Of a DNA stretch of 64,000 nucleotides, positions 1 to 11,801 are shown piece after piece. The notes beneath the pieces were generated by a model. It was not told the origin of the DNA. It did no database searches and worked only from the letters and a program-made list of their open reading frames with translations. Positions within the stretch are counted from its first letter, which is position 1. Every line of letters begins with the position of its first letter. The DNA lies in the NCBI GenBank assembly GCA_964019335.1, contig OZ025675.1, positions 434,001 to 498,000 of the forward strand, read 5' to 3'. The DNA comes from Diplonema japonicum (taxonomy: Eukaryota; Protista; Euglenozoa: Diplonemea). The position numbers and the translations under genes are program-made.

Positions 1-16
1 TTTTTTTTTTTTAAAA

Positions 17-76
17 CCATCTATCAACGGACCATTTTTGCCCACCAGAATAAATTTTCAAAAACTTCAAAAAAGA
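17..76 (-). mobile_element. piggyBac-like right-end fragment
   Basis: CCATCTATCAACGGACCATTTTTGCCCACCAG matches the terminus at 63058 and the reverse complement of ~2600-2660. Confidence 0.65.
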
Positions 77-908
77 AATATATGAGTTAATTGTGAGACG
101 CTACCTTGTTCTCAGGGCAGATTTAGTTTAGATTTTTCATATTTTCCGTTCGGGACCCTGGCTCGCAAAAGATTTTTTTTTTCCCCTTCAAATCATCATC
201 AAATAATATATTATAAAGACGCTTGTGATGGTTAAAAAAAAAAATAATAGAAGAAGTAAGAGGAAGAAAAAAAAAAAGTGGTGTGGCGTACTTTCTTTAC
301 TTACAAGAGGAGCACCTCGGCCGGAGCATCTGCAATACATTCTTCCACCAGGGAAGTCAAGAGAACAACATTTTGTACTCTATCATACCTTCACGTTACA
401 ACTGCTTTAAAAAAAGAAAACCAAGTAGCCGGCATTATGAGGCTGTGGAACTACCTACTTACCTCGCCAGTTAAACGTACAGAGAAGTATAAAAAAAAAG
501 AGGAAAAAAAAAAAAAAAAGAAGAATAGGCTTTAATTGTAGAGTATGGCCGGAAAAAAAAAGGGGGGGGGTATATAAATAAGAGACTTCTTATTCTTTTT
601 TTATGCTTTTTTCTTTAAAAAAACAAATGAAACACCGTATTTTTTTTCTTCTTTTTTTTTTCTATATTCACGTACCATATAAAAAATAGCTATTTATTTG
701 AAACAAATTTATTATGGGTGGTTTTTTTTTCCCAAGGAGATAGCTGATGTTGCATGCAGATTCTTACAGGTTTTCATTGGCACTCTGCCGCGCCCTCCCC
801 AGCATCCTGTAATCTGTCATCTTCCTCTGGCAGCACGGTTACCCCAATGATAATTTAAAATACGGTACGCTATAAACAAAAAAACCACCCAAAGTAAATA
901 TAGGTTAA

Positions 909-2660
909 CCATCTACCAACGAGCGTCTATAAAAAGACGATTTGAAAAAAAATCTTTTACGCAAAGGGCTTTCAATGCAATACGGCCCGGCCCTTTCTTG
1001 CCGGCGGGGTCCTGCGCGGAAAATATGAAAATATAAACTAAATGCTGCCCTAACTTAACAAGAAAATGAAAAAATGAAAAAAAACGCCAGCCCAAATTTA
1101 CCCTTAAAAATCACTTCAAAAAAAAGGCGCCCGGAAAGAGGGCCGGAAGAGGACATTATGAGTGATGGCAGCACTGATGGCTCATCCCTATTATGCAATT
1201 TTGATACAAAGATTCTGATACGAATTCGACCGATTCCGAGTCACAGCAGGGTGATTGGACGGCAAAGCCGGTTTCGTGAAGATCGGAATCCTTGTGGACC
1301 CTGTTTTGACATCAAAGGCTCAACGCCATACCATATATTCTCCAAATGCTCGTCCCAAACGCGAACAATGTGGCAAATGCGGCTAAAAAAGGTGTCTCCC
1401 TGGATCTCGATGCTGCTTCTCTGCGTACCTTCCTAGATGTCCTTCTGTCGATGGACTTGGATATCATGCCAGATTATTCTGATTACTGGTGCACAGGCTC
1501 CACGCCTCTCAACTACACCCCTGGGTACGCCACCGTCATGTCAAGAGACCGCTTTTTGACTATTCTGGGAAATCTGTGTTTCCACAGCGAAACAAACAAG
1601 CGTGCTGACTTCTACCTATCGCAAAGGCCTCCCGGAGATCATGGATGCCCCAAGAAGCGAGGCCGCATGCCCAAGGACGCGCATCCCGTGGGGACACCCA
1701 GTTCCACCAGCACGCGAGCATCCTTTGCACCACAACGTGGCATGACATCATGCCTGTGTGCTTTCTATCGACGTTGGATGTTCCGGTGAAGTCGAATTTG
1801 ACGTGTCGGCCAAAAGAGAATGAAAGCCGGAAAGGACATCCCGCGCATATTTACAACACCACAATGGGCGGAACCGACGCTGGGTGATGCTGTGACAAAA
1901 CGCCATAAACGCACCCTTATGACTTAAAAGTGGCCCCTAAAAGTATTTTTGTACTTGTTAGGTAAATCTCTGGCGAATGCTTGGCGTGTTTGGAAAGAAG
2001 CCTTGCCCCCTAACGCCCTGAGTACGAACGACAGTGGATTTACGCCTTTCAAAGAGGCAGTCATCGAAGGGCTACTAGGGAGGCAGTCTAAACAACAGAT
2101 AAAGTCAACTACAGAGCAGGCTGCCCCAATACCATGCCCCGAAACACAGAACGAGTGCTCTGAGACCCCAATGCGCCGTGACAGTACCTTCTGGGACCAT
2201 TTCCCCGAAAAAGTAGTGCAACGTGCGGTGCAAGCATTGTAAGTCGAAAAGACCCCTATTTCAGTGTTCAGCCTGCTTGGTACAACTTTGTGTGACTCCG
2301 TGCTTCAAAGACTACCACCTTGCCGGGGATACCCCCCAGAAACCCCTCCCGGGGTCAAAAAAGAAGTCCCCCAGCCCTGGGGCATACGAACCGCGTCAAG
2401 AAGGCCTTAAATAGCTTTTTATAGAATTTTACAGTCGATTTTTTTTGACTTGTTTTTTGTACCCCCTCTCGGGCACTTCAGGAACGATATTTTTGACAAT
2501 GTTGTGGGGGTGGACCCTGCTGTGGGCACCCTCTCTCTAGAATTGGGACATCTGGAGGCATTTCCGGGGGCATATAGCCCCGGCATTGCGCTAGAATAGC
2601 TTTTTTTGAAGTTTTGAAAATTTACCCCCTGGTGGGCAAAAATGGTCCGTTGGTAGATGG
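909..2660 (+). mobile_element. piggyBac-like DNA transposon, internally deleted (non-autonomous)
   Basis: TTAA at 905-908 and 2661-2664; 13-bp TIR CCATCTACCAACG/CGTTGGTAGATGG; transposase remnants inside. Confidence 0.93.
1158..2414 (+). pseudogene. fragmented piggyBac transposase
   Basis: Motifs spread over several frames: YW..MSRDRFLTILGNLCF, YNTTMGGTD, and C-terminal Cys-rich domain RCKHCK..QCSACLVQLCVTPCFKDYH; most of the catalytic core is missing. Confidence 0.88.
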
Positions 2661-2763
2661 TTAAATATTAATAATATTAATATGTGGCGTAAGTTTCTAT
2701 GTACCAAGCCCCCCCCCCATCACCCGATCTATTTTCTTACCGCGCTGGCCTTTTTTTCTGTAT

Positions 2764-4608
2764 TCAGTACACCTGCAGGCGAGTGTCAACAGGTACTTGT
2801 TTAGTTATAAGATCAACCAAGAGAGTGACAAGAGGTTCGTTAGCATAGATGCTCAGCTTTTCAATAGCATCTTGTTTGGTTTTACCGGAGTGGTAGCAAG
2901 CTCCTTGCAGGTACAGCTTCGCTGCCTCGTTGTACCTCACCCAGTGCTTCGCCCGAGACTCGTCCAGTGCGTACATCCACTCCTTGTCCTCTGCCTCTCC
3001 CTGTCCTATTAGATCAGAATCGAAGGGGACCGCATCGTCGAAGGATGCAGGGCTTCCTTCACCAGAGGATATAAGTCGGGGGGTCAGCGTGCCTACCTTG
3101 TCTACTACTGCCTCCCATAACATTGCTTCTTTTTGTATGTCGTGCTTCACAAAGGTGACCGCTTTGAGGATGATGCGCATTTCCTGTGTGACAGAGGCGT
3201 CCATGTAGGCAGCAGTGTTGCACACAACCCCAATGCCCCACTCCGCACCGAGCCTCTCGTACACAGATGACAGGACGGATGCGTGCCCGAAGATGCTGAA
3301 CCGCCTCACCTCCTCGTTCCCAAAATCCCCAACCAGAACCTTCCCACCGCACACGGCCACGTTCACTTCCATTCCTTCGTCAAGCTTTCCTTGTCTCAGT
3401 GTGGTTGCTGTCTTCACCGCCGCCACTGCGTGTTGGACGCATTTTCTCGATGCGTTGAACGAGGCGTGCACGTGGTCCCCGACGAACAGGTCCAGCATCC
3501 CCTTCTGTGCACGAACAGCGTGCAGTGCGAACCCGATCACCTTCGCGTGGAGGCGGCTGAACTCAACAGGTCCTGCCTCTGCTAACGGAATTGACTTTTT
3601 CATGTTCATCACCAGCATCGTCGCCCTTGTGGCTGCCATGACGTGGAGCCCTACAGAGCACTCCGATGCGGGTGGGATGTGAGTCATGTATTCAGATAGC
3701 TCGCTTCTGCTTCTGACACTTCGAGTGTTGCTGTCCTCTAGATCATTGTCACCCCGAAAGCAGGACTGCGGGAGGAAGGGACGGTACGAACGCAGGTTGA
3801 TGAGGATTGCGTGAAGGGCCTCGTGAAGCCTGTCGGGAAGCTCTTCGTGGCTTCCCTCACGGGACTGCTCGAGAGCGTCAGCAGCCTCTTCAAGCTTGAA
3901 CCCTGCAAGGAAGGAGGCCACGTCGCGTGCTGCAAGAACACCCAGTTCCAACTTCCGCTTTTCAGCGAGAACCTCGTTGGCGAAACCCCTTGTGAAGTAG
4001 AAATCAAGGAGGAAAACGGTCATCATTATTATACATGTCACTATCATGGTAGGAACGCCCCGCTTGCAAGGAAGGCTGCTGCACAAGCAAACGTGGTCGT
4101 GTCTAAACTTATGATCACCGTTGAAGTTTCCATCACCGATGTCAAGAAGGCCGAATCGAGTGGCCTCTTCGAGGCTGGTGAGGAGGAGCCAGAGGCAGAG
4201 GGTGGTGACGACAATGATGGAGGACCTTGACCTGATCCTGCATACGAGGAACACATCGATGATAGGCACGCTAAGAGGCCACAGTCTTGGAAGCATGGCT
4301 CCAAAATTATTGAAATCGGCCAATATGACGCAGAATATATCTATGTAGCCTATGAGTTCGATGAAGGTGTCGGAGGGCTTCTTTTTTATGAACAACCACA
4401 CAAGAGCGAAAATATTAGTTGTGGTGCACAGGTACGCTGCTGTTCTAGCTGTGATGAAGCTAACTGACGACAAGGCTGCTAAGCCCATAATGCACGTTGA
4501 GAAAAGAAACCATAAAAGAACTGTCTTGCGTTTCGCCATTACTTCATCGTCGTCGGGGAGGGCGAGCTTGCTGATTAGCCACTTGTGGAGATAAGTGAGC
4601 ATATCCAT
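2764..4608 (-). CDS. family A copy A1: ~6-TM receptor with degenerate class III adenylate/guanylate cyclase domain
   Basis: 614-aa ORF; hydrophobic N-terminal helices, GDH..CxCxxxPC loop, helical linker ending FLP, cyclase-like LDLFVGDHVHASFN and VLVGDFG..RRFSIFG, EWMY motif; 7 paralogs in window. Confidence 0.9.
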   Translation of the reverse strand: MDMLTYLHKWLISKLALPDDDEVMAKRKTVLLWFLFSTCIMGLAALSSVSFITARTAAYLCTTTNIFALVWLFIKKKPSDTFIELIGYIDIFCVILADFNNFGAMLPRLWPLSVPIIDVFLVCRIRSRSSIIVVTTLCLWLLLTSLEEATRFGLLDIGDGNFNGDHKFRHDHVCLCSSLPCKRGVPTMIVTCIIMMTVFLLDFYFTRGFANEVLAEKRKLELGVLAARDVASFLAGFKLEEAADALEQSREGSHEELPDRLHEALHAILINLRSYRPFLPQSCFRGDNDLEDSNTRSVRSRSELSEYMTHIPPASECSVGLHVMAATRATMLVMNMKKSIPLAEAGPVEFSRLHAKVIGFALHAVRAQKGMLDLFVGDHVHASFNASRKCVQHAVAAVKTATTLRQGKLDEGMEVNVAVCGGKVLVGDFGNEEVRRFSIFGHASVLSSVYERLGAEWGIGVVCNTAAYMDASVTQEMRIILKAVTFVKHDIQKEAMLWEAVVDKVGTLTPRLISSGEGSPASFDDAVPFDSDLIGQGEAEDKEWMYALDESRAKHWVRYNEAAKLYLQGACYHSGKTKQDAIEKLSIYANEPLVTLLVDLITKQVPVDTRLQVY

Positions 4609-5073
4609 ATTCGCCCCCTTAAGGGGGCCTATATTGTGAAGTTTATTAAAATATTTTGTGGGTGAAAAAAAAAAAAAAAAAAAAAAGAAGAAGAGAAGAA
4701 AATATTCAGAAAGAAAAAAAAAGGGGGGGGAGAGGGGGGTTTTTTTTTCTTTTCTTTTTTATTTATTTTTTTATTCTTCTTCTTCTTTTTGGAGTTAGTA
4801 GTTTTTTTTTTTTTTTTTTTTCTGTGTTGGGAAGTGAGTGAGGAAAGAATAGAACGAAAAGAAGAAAAAAAAAAAAGAGAGACAAAAAAAAAAAGAATGT
4901 AAAAAAAAAAAAGACACGCGAAAAAAAAAAACGACGTATTCTTCTTTCTTTCATCTTCTTTTTTTTTTCTTTTTTCTTTTTTTTTTTTTTTTTTTTCGAG
5001 CGTAAGTTTTTTTTTTTTCTTTCTCTTTTATTTCCTTTTCCCCTTAAAAAAAAAGAGAAAAAAAAAAAAAAAC

Positions 5074-5343
5074 ACTGTAAAATGAAAAAGAAATCTGGAA
5101 GAGAAAGATATCCGGGCGTTTTTTTTCGTGAGGGTTATGGAAAGCACACTATCTTCAAGAAGGGTTTGCGCTGTGGCAACTCTCAACTACCATGGATGGG
5201 GTCATCAGGCCAGAAAGGGAGGAATACAACTCCGTTGTACCCAAACCTTGAGGGAATCCGGAGAAAGAATCCGGACTTTTTTCGTCATTCCGGGAGTTTG
5301 TCACTCCGGCAAATTTCTCTTCCGGCACTTTTTCGCTTACAGT
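5074..5343. mobile_element. MITE with ACTGTAA-type imperfect TIRs
   Basis: ACTGTAAAATGAAAAAG..GGAAGAGAAA pairs with TTTCTCTTCC..CTTTTTCGCTTACAGT; similar CTGTAA..TTACAG ends at 29991-30214 and 61995-62528. Confidence 0.55.
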
Positions 5344-6360
5344 TTAAATCGCCGATGATGTTTCAGATTTGAATTCAAAAAAAAAAAAAAAAAAAAACTT
5401 GGAAATCGAGTAAAGCCACAGTGGCGTGGGTGTGCGACACGCGACAAATATTCTCGGTGCGAAAAAAAAAAAAAAAAAAAGAAAAAAGATTCTTTTTTTT
5501 CTTTAGTTAAGCTGCACTTGAATACACAAAATCTTCTCGTTTCGTTGTTTGGAAAAAAAAAGGGGGGGTCTTGCTGCCTTCGCTCACGCTAGATCTCTCC
5601 CCCATTGAAAAAAAAGAAAGGGGGAAAGGCAAGAGGGGTGGTAGAAAAAAAAAAAGATTTTCGTTTTTTTTTCCCATATCTAGCGCTTTGTCGTTTCTTT
5701 TGTTTTTGTTTAAAGCGACACGTCACCAATGTTTTCTTTCTTTTTTTCTCTTGAGAGGTGTTTTTTTTTTGTGTTTTTTTTTGTTGTCTGGGAAGAGAGA
5801 GAGAGGCAGAGAATGGCAGGTGAGAAGATTATATCACGGGAAAAAAAAAAAGAGAGAGAAAAAAAGGCGATTTCTTTCTTTTTTTTTTTCTTTCTCCCAT
5901 ATGTTTGCAACCTAAAATCGGGTCCAGCAATAATCATTTTTTCCAAGCCAAATCTTCCCCTATGAAAAAGTAATCCTAAAATCCCAAGGAAGCTTTTTAG
6001 CTGCAAGGTACGTTCTAAGCAGGAAAAAGAAAGCTGCCTCCAATAACTCATTCAAAGTTTGTATTCTTGTTCCAGCACACGGTACAAATACTGAGCTAAG
6101 TACTGCATGCCACTACTACTCTTTCTTTTGTTCTTACAAGAAACTGCAGCACTTCTTAACCCTTAAACGCCCAATTGCTTCTGTAGGAACAGTTAAGAGG
6201 TGTAATTGTTCTCTGGTCACCCAGACCAAAGCTCCGGATCGGTTTTCTTTGCTATTTGTATCAAATTTCTTTTTTTTTGCAGCACACAACGGGCATCCTT
6301 TTTGGCCTGCAAATGTTCATATGGGTTATATCTACCTATTTGCCTCAATTCTCTTTGAGA

Positions 6361-6410
6361 AGATGAGAACAAGGGGGCGTCTCACAAAGACTTCCTTTAA
6401 CTCATATACT
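6361..6410 (+). mobile_element. LINE family-1 3'-end fragment (inverted relative to most copies)
   Basis: Reverse complement of ATATGAGTTAAAGGAAGTCTTTGTGAGACGCCCCCTTGTTCTCATC seen at ~79, 20494, 31969, 33635, 38072 and 43302. Confidence 0.75.
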
Positions 6411-6609
6411 CTTTTTCTTTTTTATTTACCAGGACCACGATGACGATGTAGCCATGGGTACCCCCTATTCTGGATTTAAAGCTGTGAAGGTTTTTGCTCG
6501 GCACAAAGATGCATATAGCTATAGTTATAAAAAAAAACTTTTTTTTTGGAAGATAAATATTTGTAACAAGAAAAAAAAAAAAGAAAAAACAAAAACAAAA
6601 AAAAACAAG

Positions 6610-6704
6610 CGGGAACTGGCCGGAGAGAATAAACCTGGAGTAGTTTGTGAACTTGCCCAACATTCCCCCTTGTTTTAGACATTTCAAAAGACTCGCTTTT
6701 TTGC
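6610..6704. repeat. dispersed short repeat GGAACTGG...AGACAAGTCAAAAGACTCGTTCTTGC
   Basis: Related copies at ~28692, 31026, 37538 and 41302, each between A-tracts; partial inverted copy at ~10154. Confidence 0.65.
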
Positions 6705-7165
6705 AAAAAAAAAAAAAAAAAAAAGCCCGCACACGGTCCTTTTTTTTTGAACTTGATTCCCCCCCCCCCCCCCCCCCCCCCGCAAAAACTAGAAAAGAAA
6801 ACGAAAAAAAGAAGGAAAAAAAAGGCATTTCTTCGGCATTGTTAACAGGGACACCAACTTAGCCGTATATGACGCCAGAAGCGTGTGCGTTGGGCCAGTG
6901 TGGCTACCCACGCAAGGGACTCCAAATTATCTTACCAAACTTGCAATGGGAAATATCACTCTGCCCACTGGAAAAAAAGAAAGGAAAAATACATAGATTT
7001 TGCCGGGTGATATATCACATTTTCTTTCCTTGTTGTTTTGTTTTTTTTCTTTTTTTTTTTTTCTTTGTTTTGTTTGTTTCTTATAGAATTTTTTTTTTCT
7101 TCAATATGTTGTTGTTGCTGCTCGCAACGAGGGGGGGGGGGGAAAGAAAAAAACGCGCAACAACG

Positions 7166-7196
<31 letters not shown>

Positions 7197-7260
7197 GGCT
7201 GTGGTACTGGGTCCCCAACACGTCAAACGCTACACGTCACTGGGTTAAGGGGAAAAAAGA

Positions 7261-7302
7261 AATTTACTATGACAGGAAACGAAGTGGTTAGCAACGGCCC
7301 CA
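7261..7302 (-). mobile_element. 39-nt micro-retroposon (diverged copy)
   Basis: Matches TCACTATGATAGGAACGAAGTGGTTAGCAACGGCCCGCC. Confidence 0.7.
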
Positions 7303-7313
7303 CAAAATAAAAA

Positions 7314-7358
7314 ACTCGATAAAGTTTCAGTGCATGGGGGTGCTCACTGTTCAAGTAG
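7314..7358. repeat. short dispersed repeat ACTCGATAAAGTTTCAGTGCATGGGGGTGCTCACTGTTCAAGTAG
   Basis: Second copy at ~21383-21433, both immediately after an A-tract. Confidence 0.7.
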
Positions 7359-7549
7359 AAATTCACACTAATCGCACACTAATCGGTCACCGTTCTGCGG
7401 TTGCTGTCTGGTGCCTGCGGTGGCTGCTTGTCGCGATGAGACGGCATCTGGGCGAGAAACATTACAAAATAAAAAAAAAAAAGATGGCTTTCGGGGGTGC
7501 ACAGGAAGCTGAACCCCTCCAGCACAGCATCCTGTAAAGCCCAAGTGGG

Positions 7550-7582
<33 letters not shown>

Positions 7583-7993
7583 AGAGAAAAACAGCACGCT
7601 GAATACACACGGGCACATAAACCCCCCTGAGCCTGGATGTACCCCACAAGGCAGCACTCGAGCCGTGTTCCAATATGGTAGTCAACACAAGCCAACCTGA
7701 TGTGCTACTTTGCTAAAAGGTCCAGGGCTTAGACCTGTAGGCTATCCTTGGCTATAGACTAACTCAAGGCGGGGTTGGAGGGGGAGAGGACGGGGGCATA
7801 AAAACACTCCTAGGTCTATGAGAAAGATAGAGGCCCTTCACAACTGTGCATCGAAAAAAAATCAATAACAATCCCCCCCCTTTTTTTTTTCTCTCTCTCT
7901 CCTTTTTTTAGGTCAGTGGTCGAGGGTGGAAACCAGCTTTCCAGAAAAAGAAGAGAAGAAGGGGGGACTCTTTTGAAAGAGAAAATTCACTGG

Positions 7994-8027
<34 letters not shown>

Positions 8028-8198
8028 ATCTCTTTAAAAACAAGCGAATCTTCCATCTACAGGGGTCAGGCCTTGCATTTTTCTTTCTTTTTTTTTTTCT
8101 TTTTTTCTCTTTCTCTTTTTTTAACAGCAGATTGCTGTTTATAGGGGAGTGTGGGGAGACCACTCCATTTTTTATTTTCGCACTTTTTTTTTATATGA

Positions 8199-8877
8199 CT
8201 ATTTATTAAATAAAAATCAGATTACCTGATTTTTACGAGGAATTCTTTTTTCACGAGTAGTTGAATTTCACGAGCGAAGCGAGTGAAATTCAAAAAAACG
8301 AGTGAAAAAAAAAACATTCCGAGTAAAAATCTGGCTGATTTTTATTTAATATGATATTTTATTTAATTTTTGTAAAGTTAAATGAGGAAATTTCGGACAC
8401 TGTGAACCCTTTATGTTCACTTCTGCGAAATGTTCACACTGATGTCAAGACTAAGCCTGAGTGCCTGAGAAGAGGATGTCAAATTGACAGAATTCTGTAG
8501 GTTTTGTGAAATTTGTGTCGGCACTTGATCATCGCTCTTCAGAAACTGCTGGTTTTGTGCGGGGGCTTGATCAGGTCTGACTTCCAGCCAAAATAGCAGG
8601 TTCCTTCATCAACAAGGTATTGTGCAAAAGAACGCCTGTATTGGCCAGTGTAATTTTCGGCATTTGCCAGCCTCAGGTGTGATGCTTGGCGGCCCGGAAA
8701 CGTGGTAAAGTGTGTTTATGCTTCTTTTGCCTCGGATGCTTGACTGTTTTTTGCCGACTGTGGTTTGGGTTGGTTGGTTTTCGTCTCATATACTCGTGAA
8801 CGGTAAAGTGATTTCTGATTTTTATGGCTCTTTAGGAATTTCCTCATGTAACTTTACAGAATTAAATAATATAAATA
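8199..8877 (-). mobile_element. Crypton-like tyrosine-recombinase element, family 1 (deleted)
   Basis: ~150-bp terminal hairpin centred on TTTCACGAGCGAAGCGAGTGAAA; 8355-8393 is an inverted repeat of 8837-8877; YR remnant inside. Confidence 0.75.
8575..8720 (-). pseudogene. tyrosine recombinase C-terminal (box II) remnant
   Basis: Minus-strand translation ASHLRLANAENYTGQYRRSFAQYLVDEGTCYFGWKS resembles the YTGHxxRR..L.D.G..GWKS segment of Crypton-type YRs. Confidence 0.72.
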
Positions 8878-9178
8878 TTACTATTCCCTTCGGATCCGTC
8901 AAGTTACCCACAAAAAAATCCATTCCAGCCCTAGAAAAAGCAATTGGAAAATTTTGTTTGCCCGTCATTTTGCGATTTCTGCTGTGACACTCAACGGATC
9001 TGCGAGGAGATATATATGAAACCTGTCCCCTTCTGAAGAAGGGGCGGTCTACATGGGAGAGGGAGATGTGAAGAAAAGGTTCTTTTACTATAAATTCGCG
9101 GCTGATTTTGTTTGTGCCGTTCAAAACAAACAAACAAAAAAAAAAAACAAAAAAAGGGGTATAGAGATGTGATGCAAT

Positions 9179-9211
<33 letters not shown>

Positions 9212-9670
9212 CTTCTCACTTGATAAAAAAAAAGGTGGGTGTGGTACCGACACCCCCCCCCTCCTCCTATCTATAAGTGAGCTAAAAGTAGTGTGAGGAT
9301 GGGGGAGAGGGAGAGGGGTCGAGAGAAAACTGAAAAAAAAAAAAAAAATGAAAATAAATAAAGCGATACCGAAAGAGGGGAAGAAAAGAAGAAGAAGAAA
9401 AAAATAATAAGAAACCTTGACCATAACAATAATAATAATAATAATGACATGAGCTAACAAAAAAAAAAAAAAAAAAAGTAAAAAAAAAAAAATAATGGAG
9501 GCCGGTGTTGATGGCACCCGGCGATAGATTTTTGTAATATTCTGACATGAAAAAAAAAAAAAAAAAAAAAAAAAAAAACATGTGCAGTGACTCACTGCAG
9601 TTTTTTGCAGAGCAGCAGCTTGCTGTTTTACATTGACCAAAAAAAAAAAAAAAAAAAAAAAAAAGAAGAA

Positions 9671-9708
9671 ATCACTGATAGGAACGAAGTGGTTAGCAAC
9701 GGCCCGCC
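9671..9708 (-). mobile_element. 39-nt micro-retroposon copy
   Basis: ATCACTGATAGGAACGAAGTGGTTAGCAACGGCCCGCC after an A-tract. Confidence 0.75.
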
Positions 9709-10223
9709 AAAAGAATCTGTAATCTGTTTTCGCATTCGGGAGGATGGGGGGGTTTTTTTTTGTTTTTGTTTTCCTTCTTCTTGGACAGCTAAATAAAACA
9801 ATTTCTTTCATTTTCTTTATTTTTTTCCCCCCTCCCTTAGTCACCCCGTTAGTTGGATTTCCAACAATAAAAAAGAGGGGGAAAGAAAAACTACTTGAAA
9901 GAAAAATGGGTCGTTTTAAACACGGTTTGCCCGTTTTTTTCAAAATTCGGTAAAACTTAAAAAGAATATAAAAAATAAAAAAAACTCGAGTTTAAATTAT
10001 GACTCATTTTCTTTCTTTCTTTCTTTTTTTTTTCCCTGTCCAACCCCTTGAAAAAAATCATTTTTGGGGGGAAGTATTTTGGCTATGTTTGACTATGAGG
10101 CGGGAATAAAACAAAAAAAGAAAAAAAAAAGAAAGAAAAAAAAGAAAAAAAGACGTTGGCAACGTGTTTACGGCACGTACAAACACCTCTTTCCAATACC
10201 ACATGAAGGTTAACAAAGACTAT

Positions 10224-10265
<42 letters not shown>

Positions 10266-10943
10266 ATCAATTTCAGTGCCTCTCAAAACAGGGACAAAAA
10301 CATGAAATCCTGTTAAAATGGAGTTAAATTGAAGAGGAACTCAAAATAATGAATGCATTCCCCCGCTATTCAGGATCCCCCCCTCCCTTTCTTTTTTTTG
10401 AATTGTTGTGTGTCCTTGTGGTTTTAATCTTGCCACTGCTTAGGCAGCCGGCAGAAGGTACAATTTGGACTGAATAGCATACATAGAAACATGTGTAACG
10501 TTTCTTTCTCAATTCTTTTTTTTTTAAAATTTAACTTTTTTTAAAAAAACCTTTGTTGGTAAAGCCATGGAGGTTGTGCCTCATGAGATCACCTTTTTTT
10601 TATTTTTTTTATTTTTTATTTTCTTTATTTTTATGAAAAGGTAAAAGTTGAGAGGCAATAAAAACAAAAAAAAAAAAAAAGAAATTCGGGACCAATTTGC
10701 CCTAAAGATCTGAAGAGCGTTCTTTGAATTTTCTGGAAAAAGTTTTTCAGTGAACCTTTGGACTTTTTCTTGATAGATCCCTTTTGAGACTAAAGCGGGG
10801 TCGGGTCACCTTGTCGATCTGAAGGGTGGGCAAAAATACCTCTCGTGCAACAATATAAAAAAGTGCACAAGACGCATAAGGTCCTCTTACTACGCGACTC
10901 TGGAAGAAAGAAAGAAGAAAAAAAGATTCTGGAGAAAGAAAAA

Positions 10944-11268
10944 ATATATATGAGTTAAAGGAGGCCGGTGTTGGCGGCGCCCTGCACAATAACTGTCTAG
11001 ATTACAGGGGCGCACCGCGGCCGAGTTGTAGCTTCTTCTGCGTTCCGCGTCGTGTCCTTAATGCGTGCGGTGTACTGCTCAACCCCAGCCGGGACGTCCC
11101 GGGTAACCAAGATTCTGCGCTCGTGCAGTTTGCTGCCTGTTCGTCACCCTGAGCATCTGCGTTACGTTCTTCCACTCGGGCGCTACCGGTGATGACCGAC
11201 GAGGAGGTCAACAGCGAACAACACATCTGATGTTTTTCTTATATTTTCATGTTATCCCCACCACCTTG
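10944..11268 (-). mobile_element. ~320-bp SINE-like element, copy 1
   Basis: Four copies with near-identical boundaries; shares the ATATATGAGTTAAAGGA terminus with LINE family 1. Confidence 0.8.
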
Positions 11269-11294
11269 AAAAAAAAAAAGAAAAAAAAAATTGG

Positions 11295-11338
<44 letters not shown>

Positions 11339-11763
11339 CTGTAGTGCTGTTGCAAAGACCATTACCTGAAGAAAGAAATGAACCCTCAGAGGCTTGGAAA
11401 GCACTGATGGTGTTTTTTTTTTTTGAGTTGAAGAAAATAAAAATAAATTTGGGTTTTTTTTTTTTGTTTGTGTGTGTAACCCCCCTTCATAAAATTTTCT
11501 TTTTAAAAAGCAGCGCTCACTCGTGCAATTTTTTTTTTTTTTTAAAAAAGAACTTCACTTCTGACTCGTGTCGGGGAGCGAACATTCTTTCTTTCTTTCT
11601 TGCTTTTTTTGTTTTTTTTCCCCCGTTTATTTTTCTTCTATTATGCACCCATCGTCTTTGCTTGCTTTCATTTGTGTAGGATTCTCAATAAAAAAAGTTT
11701 AGGTTAGTGAAGGCCGATATTTAAAAAAAAAAAAAAAAAAAAAAAGGGCCGTTCATATCTTTT

Positions 11764-11797
<34 letters not shown>

Positions 11798-11801
11798 AAT
11801 A

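Noticed and set aside
2764-4608. Calling these genes active adenylate cyclases (ESAG4/GRESAG4 or cyaA)
   Set aside because: Architecture differs and catalytic residues are missing; no gene symbol assigned.
8822-9943. 373-aa minus-strand ORF and many other F/K-rich ORFs
   Set aside because: Translations of A/T homopolymer tracts and repeat fragments; no coding character.
11295-11335. (GA)n microsatellite and long homopolymers
   Set aside because: Ordinary simple repeats; lengths may reflect sequencing error.
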